Shown here: piece by piece, positions 8,862 to 17,192 of the stretch | Position numbering within the stretch: the stretch's first letter is position 1 | Layout: each line of letters opens with the position of its first letter | Assembly: GCA_964483665.1 (NCBI GenBank) | Contig: CAZACP010000008.1 | Location: 1-54,967 of the forward strand | From: an uncultured Candidatus Saccharibacteria bacterium | Lineage (GTDB): Bacteria; Patescibacteriota; Doudnabacteria; UBA920 | Direction: 5' to 3' | DNA: 54,967 nucleotides | Translations under genes and position numbers: made by a program | The notes under the pieces: model-generated | What the model saw: the letters and a program-made list of their open reading frames with translations, nothing else | The model's database searches: none | What the model was told of the DNA's origin: nothing

Positions 8862-9608
8862 ATGCATAATTTAAGCCTTATACCCCTGCTTAAACAGTCA
8901 GGGCTTAGTGAAAAAGAAGCCAAAATCTATCTGTCAGGCATAGAAATCGGCGCTGCCAGCATCCAAGACTTAGCCGAGCAAGCCAATATAAAAAGACCAA
9001 CCGCCTACGAAATTGTTGAAACCCTTGAAAAAAAGGGGTTATTTTCCGTAGTGCTTGAAGGAAAAAAGAGAAAATTTTTAGCTGAACAGCCGGAAAGAGT
9101 TTTGGCTTTATTTAAAATCCGTGAACAGGCGTTCGTGAAATCCTTACCTGAGCTAAATCTGTTATTTCAAACTGGCGGCAATAAACCAAAAGTCAAATTC
9201 TATGAGGGCACGGAAGGGTTGGAAGCTATGTATTTAGATACCTTAGAAAGCAAGCAAACAATATTAGTCTACGGCAATATAACGGAAATGTGGGGTGCTA
9301 TATCCCGCGACTTTAAGAAGGAATATATAAAAGCCCGGGTTAAAAAAAATCTTTGGTCAAAATGTATTGTGCCAAACACTCCCGAAACTATGGAATATAG
9401 CAAAAAAGACAAGGAAGAGTGTAGGCAAATGATATTCGTGCCAAAAGAAAATTTTAGCTTCCAAAACGAAATAGATATTTACAATGACAAAGTCGCCATT
9501 TTTTCATTTCCCGAAAAAATCGGCGTTATTATAGAAAGCAAAAAAATCGCGGAAACGCAAAAAATGATTTTTAACCTGGCCTGGCTAGGAGCCTTACAAG
9601 CAATTTAG
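8862..9608 (+). CDS. TrmB-family transcriptional regulator (paralog 1)
   Basis: N-terminal wHTH ([11 protein letters not shown]...[18 protein letters not shown]); C-terminal PKVKFYEG...EIDIYNDKV effector domain. Confidence 0.88.
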   Translation: MHNLSLIPLLKQSGLSEKEAKIYLSGIEIGAASIQDLAEQANIKRPTAYEIVETLEKKGLFSVVLEGKKRKFLAEQPERVLALFKIREQAFVKSLPELNLLFQTGGNKPKVKFYEGTEGLEAMYLDTLESKQTILVYGNITEMWGAISRDFKKEYIKARVKKNLWSKCIVPNTPETMEYSKKDKEECRQMIFVPKENFSFQNEIDIYNDKVAIFSFPEKIGVIIESKKIAETQKMIFNLAWLGALQAI

Positions 9609-9627
9609 AAACTGTTATAATACCCCT

Positions 9628-10668
9628 ATGATAACGTCTTCCAACAACGAAATAGAAATAAGCGATATACCGGAAATTTCCCCAGCCGAAGAAGTTTTAA
9701 TCGAGCAAAATTTGCGTCCGCAAAGCTTTGACGAATATATTGGCCAAAAGGAAGTTAAGGACACTTTGTCCATTTTACTTACCGCGGCCAAACAGCGAAA
9801 AGAAAAAGTAGAACACTTGCTGTTTTACGGTCCGCCTGGCCTGGGCAAAACTACGCTGGCCAACATTGTGGCCAAAGAAATGGGCAGCAATATAAAAACC
9901 ACTTCCGGTCCGGCCATTGAGCGCGCCGGCGACTTGGCCTCTATTTTAACCAACCTGTCTGAAGGCGATGTTTTGTTTATAGACGAAATTCACCGCTTAA
10001 ATAAAGTTGTCGAGGAAGTTTTGTATCCGGCTATGGAAGATTTTGTTTTAGATATTGTCTTAGGCAAAGGACCGGGCGCCAGAAGCATAAGAATGGAGCT
10101 ACCTAAATTTACTTTAATTGGCGCTACCACCCGCATCGGGCTTTTGTCGAGTCCTTTACGAGACCGTTTTGGCGCAATTTTTCGCTTAGAATACTATTCG
10201 GAGGAAGACTTAATAAAAATAATAGACCGAAGCAGTAAAATTCTTAACTCCGAACTGGAAGCCGAGGCCTTGGCCGAACTAGCCAGGCGCTGCCGTTTTA
10301 CCCCGCGTATTGCCAACCGGCTTTTAAAGCGCGTAAGGGATTTTGCGCAAGTAAACGGCCATGTTAAAATAACCAAAGAAGTTGCTCTGCAGGCTTTAGA
10401 ATTGCTTAGAGTAAACGCGCTTGGCCTAGACAAAAACGACATTCGAATACTCGAAGCGCTCATTCAAAAGTTTAAAGGCCAGCCCGTAGGGCTTTCCACG
10501 CTCTCTGCCTCAACCGGCGAAGAAGAAGACACAGTCACCGACTTACACGAGCCATTCCTTTTACGCCTTGGGCTTATAACCAAAACCCCGCGCGGAAGAA
10601 TGGCAACAGAAGCCGCCTATAAACATTTGGGAATTAGCCTTCCCCCAGGCCAGCAAAAAATTTTGTGA
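9628..10668 (+). CDS. ruvB: Holliday junction branch migration helicase RuvB
   Basis: [39 protein letters not shown]. Confidence 0.98.
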   Translation: MITSSNNEIEISDIPEISPAEEVLIEQNLRPQSFDEYIGQKEVKDTLSILLTAAKQRKEKVEHLLFYGPPGLGKTTLANIVAKEMGSNIKTTSGPAIERAGDLASILTNLSEGDVLFIDEIHRLNKVVEEVLYPAMEDFVLDIVLGKGPGARSIRMELPKFTLIGATTRIGLLSSPLRDRFGAIFRLEYYSEEDLIKIIDRSSKILNSELEAEALAELARRCRFTPRIANRLLKRVRDFAQVNGHVKITKEVALQALELLRVNALGLDKNDIRILEALIQKFKGQPVGLSTLSASTGEEEDTVTDLHEPFLLRLGLITKTPRGRMATEAAYKHLGISLPPGQQKIL

Positions 10669-10669
10669 A

Positions 10670-10760
10670 AAATCCAAAATATTAATTACGAAATCCGAAG
10701 CAAATTAGAATTTATAATTTCAAAATTTAAAACTTTTCGAATTTCGATATTCGAATTTTG
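10670..10760. repeat. Imperfect inverted heptamer-arm hairpin after ruvB
   Basis: aaatccaaaa..cgaaatccgaa arms versus ttcgaatttcgatattcgaatttt. Confidence 0.55.
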
Positions 10761-10773
10761 TGCTTATTACCCC

Positions 10774-10986
10774 ATGGACTTTACCACCGTATCTAACTTA
10801 ATAATTCAGGCCTTTTACTACATACTCGTGTTGCTGGTTTTATTTTGCAGTATTTTTGGAATATACGCGCTCGTTCGCTATGGCCGGTCTCGAACTTTTT
10901 CACTGGTATTAAGCCTTGTCTATATATTCTTTTTTTTAACCGCCCTGTCCCAGTCCTACTCCGCTTTGCAAAAAATCCTTTCTTAG
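10774..10986 (+). CDS. Small two-helix membrane protein
   Basis: 70-aa hydrophobic ORF collinear with ruvB. Confidence 0.7.
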   Translation: MDFTTVSNLIIQAFYYILVLLVLFCSIFGIYALVRYGRSRTFSLVLSLVYIFFFLTALSQSYSALQKILS

Positions 10987-10993
10987 CTTTACC

Positions 10994-11068
10994 AAATACT
11001 AATCTGTACAAATATACTAATAGGGTACAAAAAAATTAGTATATTAGTATTAATTCGTATTTAGTAAA
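10994..11068. repeat. 75-bp TACTAAT/ATTAGTA quasi-palindromic element, copy 1
   Basis: Last 34 nt are 32/34 identical to 35062-35095; same length as copy 2. Confidence 0.8.
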
Positions 11069-11070
11069 AC

Positions 11071-11622
11071 GTGCCAAAACTCTTTCCTTCGCAGCTTGAA
11101 ACTGAAAAAATTTATCTGGTTATTCGGGAACACTGGTTTCGCCTGCTTTTAAAGCTTGTTGTGTGGGCATTTTTAGCGGCGGTATTAGCCAGCTTTCAAT
11201 ACTATGGTCCGCAAATAATCCCCTCGCTCTTTGAAGGCCGCGCGGGAGCTATTACCCATCTGTTTGAACAGGTTTACTTTTTAATTATTTTGCTAGGACT
11301 ATTTTTAATAATTGTTTTTTATTATTTAAACACCCACATAATAACCGACATTCGCGTGGTGGATATTGACCAAGTTGGTCTTTTCTCCCATGTTGTTTCA
11401 GAACTTCACATAGATAAAATAGAAGACGTTACCAGTGAAACCGAAGGAATTTTTGGCACAATTTTTAACTACGGCCAAGTTTTTGTACAAACCGCGGCCA
11501 CCATTGAACGTTTTGAATTCGACAATGTCCCTAATCCGGCCGGTATAGAAAAACTTATTTTAGACCTATACGAACAAAATTCAAATTTTGCCAAAGAAGG
11601 GAAAGAGGCGGATAATAATTGA
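11071..11622 (+). CDS. Membrane protein with bacterial PH (bPH_2-like) domain
   Basis: Two TM helices, then HIITDIRVVDIDQVGLF...IEDVTSE..GIFGTIFNYGQVFVQTA. Confidence 0.75.
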   Translation: MPKLFPSQLETEKIYLVIREHWFRLLLKLVVWAFLAAVLASFQYYGPQIIPSLFEGRAGAITHLFEQVYFLIILLGLFLIIVFYYLNTHIITDIRVVDIDQVGLFSHVVSELHIDKIEDVTSETEGIFGTIFNYGQVFVQTAATIERFEFDNVPNPAGIEKLILDLYEQNSNFAKEGKEADNN

Positions 11623-11648
11623 TTATTAATAATTGTTAATTGATAACT

Positions 11649-12089
11649 ATGCCTACTACCGTTGTTGTTTCCGGAGGGTTTGACCCAATTCACATTGGCC
11701 ACATAGAAATGATGCAGGAAGCCAAAGCATTGGGCGATAAGCTAATTGTCATTGTAAACAATGACAATTGGTTAGTTGCAAAAAAAGGTTTTGCTTTTAT
11801 GCCCGAACAAGAGCGTTTGGCTATAGTAAAATCTATTAAACACGTAGACGAAGCGGTCTTAACCGGCCACGAAAAAAATCCAACCGACATGTCGGTTTGC
11901 AAAGAGCTGGAAGAATTAAAGCCGGACATATTTGCCAATGGCGGCGACCGAAAACCCGACGGCGACCCAGTTCCGGAAGTAGAATTATGCAACCGCCTAG
12001 GAATTAAATTAGTTTACAATATAGGTAAAAGTGGAAAAATCCAAAGCTCAAGCGACTTGGTAAAAAAAGCAGTACAAAACAAGGCCTAA
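11649..12089 (+). CDS. Cytidylyltransferase-family (HIGH motif) nucleotidyltransferase
   Basis: VVSGGFDPIHIGHI, FANGGDR, KIQSSS. Confidence 0.9.
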   Translation: MPTTVVVSGGFDPIHIGHIEMMQEAKALGDKLIVIVNNDNWLVAKKGFAFMPEQERLAIVKSIKHVDEAVLTGHEKNPTDMSVCKELEELKPDIFANGGDRKPDGDPVPEVELCNRLGIKLVYNIGKSGKIQSSSDLVKKAVQNKA

Positions 12090-12103
12090 CCGGCCTTGTT
12101 TTT
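12077..12103 (+). terminator. Terminator T1, overlapping the stop codon; duplicated at 13673-13699
   Basis: aaaacaaggcctaaccggccttgtttt. Confidence 0.85.
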
Positions 12104-12151
12104 AGTTGCCCTATCTGCCCCATAAGTCCTATCAATACTTATGCCAAATTT

Positions 12152-12189
12152 AAACCACGCTCGCAAGTTTTTCACTCGCGGCGTGGTTT
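12152..12189 (-). terminator. Terminator of the beta-barrel-like cargo gene
   Basis: aaaccacgc...gcgtggttt. Confidence 0.6.
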
Positions 12190-12205
12190 TGTAATGCATA
12201 ATGGA

Positions 12206-12739
12206 TCATTTCTTGACCCACCTAATTGCGAAAATTACATTGATACGATTACGTTCAAACATCGGCGCCCCCCATAAAAACAATGGCGTGTAGGGAATTT
12301 TGTATTCTACCCTTGGACCAGTGCCCTTGTAGCGTTCGGTAAGAATACCGACTCTGAGCGATTTTGACACTTTTCTATTCAACTCGGTCTTCAACCAAAA
12401 CCCGCTGCCACCATATTCGGGAATAAATAAGACCGATGTTTTAGCATTACCCATCCAAACAAATCCTCCTGCCCGAGCCGGGTTCTTGGCCTCCTCTATC
12501 CCAACACCGCCTGCGAGCTGTAGCCAAGGCTTTGGGTCGTAGGTTAGTCCGCCGTAGCTTTCACTGTAGCCTTCTTGGGTTTGGAACCAAACAAACGCTC
12601 CGAGCTTCCCCGAAAGCCTTCCAGTAATCAACCCGTCGATCCTCGGTGTAACGCTGCCCGATGATACGAAAGTTCGTTGCTCAACCCACGTTTGCGCGAT
12701 TGCGGCGCAAGAAACTAACATCGCAAATAATAGCTTCAT
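12206..12739 (-). CDS. Secreted protein with amphipathic beta-strand pattern, possibly a beta-barrel (cargo of trmB-2)
   Basis: Start MKLLFAMLVSCAAIAQ at 12739 after SD GGAGG; about 10 alternating-pattern strands. Confidence 0.7.
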   Translation of the reverse strand: MKLLFAMLVSCAAIAQTWVEQRTFVSSGSVTPRIDGLITGRLSGKLGAFVWFQTQEGYSESYGGLTYDPKPWLQLAGGVGIEEAKNPARAGGFVWMGNAKTSVLFIPEYGGSGFWLKTELNRKVSKSLRVGILTERYKGTGPRVEYKIPYTPLFLWGAPMFERNRINVIFAIRWVKK

Positions 12740-12878
12740 AGATCCTCCGAACGAGATTCTTGTTAGCCAGCATCCTAGCGTAACCAGCAATAATGCCAAA
12801 AAAATGCATTAGTGTCAATAATTTATAGTCAAAAATAAATAAAATTGCTAAAATTAATCACAAATAAAGCAATAAAAC

Positions 12879-12897
12879 TGTTGATAGTTTTTCAACA
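12879..12897. promoter_or_regulatory. Candidate operator TGTTGA-N7-TCAACA over the trmB-2 -35 box
   Basis: tgttga tagtttt tcaaca; promoter TTGATA-17-TATTAT ends 6 nt before the ATG. Confidence 0.7.
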
Positions 12898-12915
12898 ACA
12901 TGTTATTATTTTGCC

Positions 12916-13686
12916 ATGATACCAGAACTCCTAAAACAACTTGGTTTTGGCGACAAGGAAATTGTGGTTTACACCACATTGCTTCAGCATGGCAAACTTA
13001 CTCCCGCGGCTTTGGGCAGGATTGCCAAAATAAATCGAACCACCGTTTACAGCACGGCTAAAGAGCTGGTGCAAAAAGGCGTAATTGCCGAAGACTTAGG
13101 CGGAGCTAATTTGTATTTGGTGGCAAAACCACCGTCAGATTTAGACAACTTATTAAAAAAAGAGGAAAAGCAGTTGCAAGAAAAAAAAGTCATAATAAAA
13201 AACGCCATAGAAGAACTCCAAGGCATTACAAAAGCCACACAGTACACTATCCCTAAAATTATTTTTAAAGCTCAGGAAGAAGTCGAAGCTCACCTTTATG
13301 AACAAACTCCTAAATGGGACGAGAGTATTTTAAAATACGATGGTATTTGGTGGGGCTTTCAGGATCACACTTTTGTCCAGCATTACGAAAAATGGATAGA
13401 TTGGTACTGGCAAACCGGTTCGAATCCGGCAACGAAGTTAAAACTTTTAAGTAACGAGGTTGCAGAAAAAATTAAAAAGACCAAATATGAAAGAAGGCAA
13501 ATTTCTTTTTGGAAAGAAAGCCATAACTTTAAAACCACCACCTGGATACTGGGCGACTACGTTGTTATGATAGTCACAAATCAGCGCCCGCACTATTTAG
13601 TGGAAATTCACGACGCAACGCTTGCCCACGACCAACGAGAAGTCTTTAAAGGTATTTGGAAAACACAAATAGAAAACAAGGCCTAA
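12916..13686 (+). CDS. TrmB-family transcriptional regulator (paralog 2)
   Basis: wHTH LGFGDKEIVVY...INRTTVY; C-terminal domain clearly paralogous to 16320-17090. Confidence 0.88.
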   Translation: MIPELLKQLGFGDKEIVVYTTLLQHGKLTPAALGRIAKINRTTVYSTAKELVQKGVIAEDLGGANLYLVAKPPSDLDNLLKKEEKQLQEKKVIIKNAIEELQGITKATQYTIPKIIFKAQEEVEAHLYEQTPKWDESILKYDGIWWGFQDHTFVQHYEKWIDWYWQTGSNPATKLKLLSNEVAEKIKKTKYERRQISFWKESHNFKTTTWILGDYVVMIVTNQRPHYLVEIHDATLAHDQREVFKGIWKTQIENKA

Positions 13687-13699
13687 CCAGCCTTGTTTT
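13673..13699 (+). terminator. Terminator T1', copy of 12077-12103
   Basis: aaaacaaggcctaaccagccttgtttt, 26/27 identical. Confidence 0.85.
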
Positions 13700-13710
13700 G
13701 TTTTTTTGTG

Positions 13711-13736
13711 AGTAACTATTCGCGCGAATAGTTACT
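13711..13736. repeat. Perfect loop-less 26-bp palindrome
   Basis: agtaactattcgc|gcgaatagttact. Confidence 0.9.
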
Positions 13737-13762
13737 AGAATAAGTGTTTTTATTTTTCTTCT

Positions 13763-13864
13763 TTAACTTTTCCAAACAGGTTTAAACCTACTTAGAAAAA
13801 TTCCCGAGTAGTGACAGAGCCACTTTATAGCCTCTCGGGATAGGCGGTTTGGGGAGCGATTCAT
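13763..13864 (-). pseudogene. Short SD-led ORF after the ABC ATPase, possibly a truncated next gene of the donor operon
   Basis: GGGGAG SD, then MNRSPNRLSREAIKWLCHYSGIFLSRFKPVWKS*. Confidence 0.35.
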
Positions 13865-13880
13865 TGTTCTACTCCCCTTG

Positions 13881-14624
13881 TTAAAGCTTTCCGGGCATAA
13901 CGCGTCGGAGGAATTCTTGTGTTCGCGGGTGCTGAGGACTGCCCAGCACCGCATTCGCCGCACCGCTCTCAACAACGTGGCCGTGGTCAAGAAAAATTGC
14001 CTGGTTAGCAATCTCTTTGGCAAACCCAATATGGTGAGTTGCCATTACCACGGTCGTACCGGTTGATACTACGTCTTTGACCACATCAAGCAATTCCCAG
14101 ACAAGTTCCGGGTCAAGCGCGGAGGTGATTTCGTCGAGAAGCAGAACTTTGGGCTGTATTGCCATAGCCCGCGCGATTGCTACTCGCTGAGCTTGACCGC
14201 CGGAAAGAGTTGCTGGATAAGCATTTTCTTTTTCCGACAGCTTGACCTTGATAAGCAGTTCGCGCGCGCGGCCTTCGGCTTCAGAACGCCTCATTTTCAG
14301 AATCTGTGTGGGCCCTAGCGTGAGGTTTTCCAAAACCGTTAGGTGTGGCCAGAGGTTTAATCCTTGGAACACCATGCCTACGCGCTGACGCAGTAGTCCA
14401 TTGACCTTAGAGCCAGGCGTGATCTGGAATTCTCCGTCTAGAAGACGAATTGCCCCGGAGTCAATCGGCGTAAGGCCGTTTAAGCAACGAAGAAGTGTTG
14501 TTTTGCCGGAGCCACTGGGTCCAACCAGGGCGAGAACCTGACTCCTCTCGAGTCCGAACGATATTTTGTTCAGTACCTGGAGCTGACTAAAGCTCTTTGA
14601 CACCGAACTTACTTCAACTAACAC
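13881..14624 (-). CDS. Polar amino acid ABC transporter ATP-binding protein (GlnQ-like)
   Basis: GPSGSGKTT, LSGGQAQR, LLLDE; GTG start at 14624. Confidence 0.93.
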   Translation of the reverse strand: MLVEVSSVSKSFSQLQVLNKISFGLERSQVLALVGPSGSGKTTLLRCLNGLTPIDSGAIRLLDGEFQITPGSKVNGLLRQRVGMVFQGLNLWPHLTVLENLTLGPTQILKMRRSEAEGRARELLIKVKLSEKENAYPATLSGGQAQRVAIARAMAIQPKVLLLDEITSALDPELVWELLDVVKDVVSTGTTVVMATHHIGFAKEIANQAIFLDHGHVVESGAANAVLGSPQHPRTQEFLRRVMPGKL

Positions 14625-15255
14625 GAAAAACCTTCCTTTCCAGCCGCCTAACTGAATATTCAAGCGGCAGAATGATTGCTAAATAGAGAATCGCAAGAGT
14701 TGTGTAAACCTCAAACGACTGTTGCGTTAGGGCAATTATACTTCCGCCCCTGTTCAGCAATTCTGCAACACCAATAGTCGACGCCAAAGACGTCAGCTTA
14801 ATGGTTGTGACATACTCGCCAAACAGGTTAGGCAGCATATTTCGTAAGGCCTGTGGTAAAACTATATACCACAAAACCTGCCGAGAATTCATGCCCATTG
14901 AAAGTGCGGATTCACGCTGAGAAACTGAAACCGATTCCAGCCCCGCGCGAATGTTCTCCGCGTAAAAAGCCGCGCCGTTTAAAGCAAGGCCTACAGCAGA
15001 AGAAAAAAACGCCGAGAAAGCAACTCCGGTCAGCATCGGCAAGCTGTAGTAAATCCAGAGCAATACCACCAGTGGCGGTACTGCGCGAAAAGCCACAACA
15101 TACCCGACGACAAGAGCCCGCAATACCACAAACCGATAACTCTGAACCCAAACTAGCGTGACACCAAGAATCGTGCCAAACATAACCGCTAGGCACGACA
15201 GCCCCACGGTAGTGAGCAGGCCATAGAGCCAGGCCTGCCAAAACTGAAACAACAT
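14614..15255 (-). CDS. Polar amino acid ABC transporter permease
   Basis: AENIRAGLESVSVSQRESALSMGM (EAA loop), IVLPQALR. Confidence 0.93.
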   Translation of the reverse strand: MLFQFWQAWLYGLLTTVGLSCLAVMFGTILGVTLVWVQSYRFVVLRALVVGYVVAFRAVPPLVVLLWIYYSLPMLTGVAFSAFFSSAVGLALNGAAFYAENIRAGLESVSVSQRESALSMGMNSRQVLWYIVLPQALRNMLPNLFGEYVTTIKLTSLASTIGVAELLNRGGSIIALTQQSFEVYTTLAILYLAIILPLEYSVRRLERKVFRVS

Positions 15256-15266
15256 ATCTTTTCCTT

Positions 15267-16082
15267 TCAACGAATGTCCGATTGCCAGTTAGCGCCGTAC
15301 TTCTCTTCTAACTGTTTAAGTACGCCGCGAGTCTTAAGAAAGTGAAGCGAGGTGTCTAAAAACCGCAGCCAGTCCGGGTCACCGTAACGAACCGCGAACG
15401 AAGCCGGATTTAAGGCGAACTGCTTTTTTGCAAACAAATCCACCAAGTCGCTGCGGGTGGCTGCAAACTTTGCGATTTGATTGCTGTCAGCAATTGCCAC
15501 ATCGGCGTTGCCCGTAACCACATCGAGCATAAATCGCGAAATCTCTGCGGCCTCAACATTGGTACGGTTGAGCGTAGCCTTCTTGAACTCGGCGGTGGCA
15601 AACAAGTCGCCCGCTTCGCCTGTTGCCAAAACCACCCTTACCCCTGGCTGGTCAAAATCGGAAATCAGACCGAATTTCTCAAATCTGCTTCCGCGCCTAA
15701 CCAAAGCACTAAGTCCCATGTACAACACCGGTTGAGTAAACGCGATTGATTGAGCTCTCTCGATATTAGCAAACATAGGAGCCACAATTACATCCGCGCG
15801 TGCCGACTGCAAGGTTGCGGCCGCATTGCCATAGGTGGTTTCCGTCCACTCGATGCGTGCATTCATGCGCTCGGCGATAATTTCCATCGCCTCGACCAAA
15901 TGCCCGCTATATTCTCCGGTAGTCGCGTTCTTAATGACCATAGGAGAATCTATGACCGTAGCCGCACGGATAACGCGTGTGCGCCGCACTTGGTCGAAAA
16001 TTGACTCCCCCTGCTGCCCCGTTCTGGCGCAACCAGAAAGAATCAAAAATGACACCAAAACTAACAAAAGAATTCTATTCAT
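15267..16082 (-). CDS. Polar amino acid ABC transporter substrate-binding lipoprotein (SBP family 3)
   Basis: Lipobox LSGC; IERAQSIAFTQP; SD GGGAGG before the ATG at 16082. Confidence 0.9.
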   Translation of the reverse strand: MNRILLLVLVSFLILSGCARTGQQGESIFDQVRRTRVIRAATVIDSPMVIKNATTGEYSGHLVEAMEIIAERMNARIEWTETTYGNAAATLQSARADVIVAPMFANIERAQSIAFTQPVLYMGLSALVRRGSRFEKFGLISDFDQPGVRVVLATGEAGDLFATAEFKKATLNRTNVEAAEISRFMLDVVTGNADVAIADSNQIAKFAATRSDLVDLFAKKQFALNPASFAVRYGDPDWLRFLDTSLHFLKTRGVLKQLEEKYGANWQSDIR

Positions 16083-16193
16083 TGTGCCCTCCCTTGGGCT
16101 TGTCAAAGTTCTCTGTTCCGCAAAATAACGGAAAGGTTATTGTTATATTTAACTGTCACAATAACCAAGTATAATACCATATTTTCAACAATA

Positions 16194-16300
16194 TGTCAAT
16201 AATAATTCAACAATTTCCTTAATTTTGCTTTAAACAAAAGTAAAAATATTGTTGATTAAACTTCAACAAATATAAATTTGTTGTTGACAATTAATCAACA
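16194..16300. promoter_or_regulatory. Divergent promoters with three TGTTGA-N7-TCAACA-type operators
   Basis: Perfect sites at 16250-16268 and 16282-16300, a variant at 16194-16212. trmB-3 promoter TTGACA(16284)-17-TATAAT(16307); cargo promoter TTGACA(16199-16194)-17-TATTAT on the minus strand. Confidence 0.75.
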
Positions 16301-16319
16301 TTTTGCTATAATATGAAAT

Positions 16320-17090
16320 ATGATAGCAAACTTACTTAAAAATTTTGGTCTAAACGAAAAAGAGGCTCAAATTTACTTGGCAGTTTTAAAACAAGGTAGG
16401 GCTGCGCCTGCCCATATTGCACAAGTTACTAAAATAAACCGCACCACGGTTTACAGCGTGGCTAAAGAGCTTATAAAAAAAGGCTTTTTGCTTGAAGACC
16501 TGGCAGGGGGGAGCACTTCGCTAGTTGCGGTTCCACCTCAGGAATTAAAATTCTTGGTTCAAAAAGAAGAAAAGGAGCTGGAAAATAAAAAGCAGCTCAT
16601 AAGCCAAATGGTTAAGGAGCTGGAAAATTTTACCAAAGATTCCAAATACGCCATTCCTAAAATTACTTTTATACAAGAACAGGACTTAATGGATTACTTA
16701 TATAAACGCGGTGATGAGTGGCATAAAAGCATTATGAAGTACGACGGCATACTGTGGGGTTTTCAGGACCATACCTTTGCCGAACATTATGAAAAGTGGA
16801 TAGAGTGGGAGTGGAAAATTGGAGGGCCGAAAGATTTACGCCTGAGACTTTTTTCCAACGAGTCCGAAATCGAAGAAAAGAACAAACAAAAAGGCAAAGA
16901 GTTTGAAAGGCGTATAATAAAATACTGGAAAAAACCAAACCAATTTACTGCTTCTGTTTGGGTGCACGGGGATTATTTAGTTTTTGTCCAAACTCAAAGC
17001 CGGCCTCATTATTTAGTGGAAATTTATGATGTCTTGTTAGCCGAAAATATGAGGCAATTTTTTGCTGGCGTGTGGGATGAAATAAAATAA
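16320..17090 (+). CDS. TrmB-family transcriptional regulator (paralog 3)
   Basis: FGLNEKEAQIY...INRTTVY; shares MKYDGILWGFQDHTF-type motif with paralog 2. Confidence 0.88.
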   Translation: MIANLLKNFGLNEKEAQIYLAVLKQGRAAPAHIAQVTKINRTTVYSVAKELIKKGFLLEDLAGGSTSLVAVPPQELKFLVQKEEKELENKKQLISQMVKELENFTKDSKYAIPKITFIQEQDLMDYLYKRGDEWHKSIMKYDGILWGFQDHTFAEHYEKWIEWEWKIGGPKDLRLRLFSNESEIEEKNKQKGKEFERRIIKYWKKPNQFTASVWVHGDYLVFVQTQSRPHYLVEIYDVLLAENMRQFFAGVWDEIK

Positions 17091-17099
17091 CTTTTCAAT

Positions 17100-17153
17100 C
17101 ATGACCAACGAGAAGTCTTTAAAGGCATTTGGAAAACACAAATAGAAAAATAA
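17100..17153 (+). repeat. Orphan copy of the trmB-2 3' end (HDQREVFKGIWKTQIEK*)
   Basis: 48/50 identical to 13627-13676; both differences synonymous. Confidence 0.9.
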
Positions 17154-17188
17154 AAAGACCGGCGGACACACATTTCCGCCGGTCTTTT
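17153..17188. terminator. Bidirectional terminator
   Basis: aaaagaccggcgga-cacacatt-tccgccggtctttt. Confidence 0.85.
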
Positions 17189-17192
17189 TATT

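Noticed and set aside
12077-17190. Classical integron
   Set aside because: No tyrosine recombinase and no attC-like sites (RYYYAAC...GTTRRRY) at cassette ends; modules carry their own divergent promoters.
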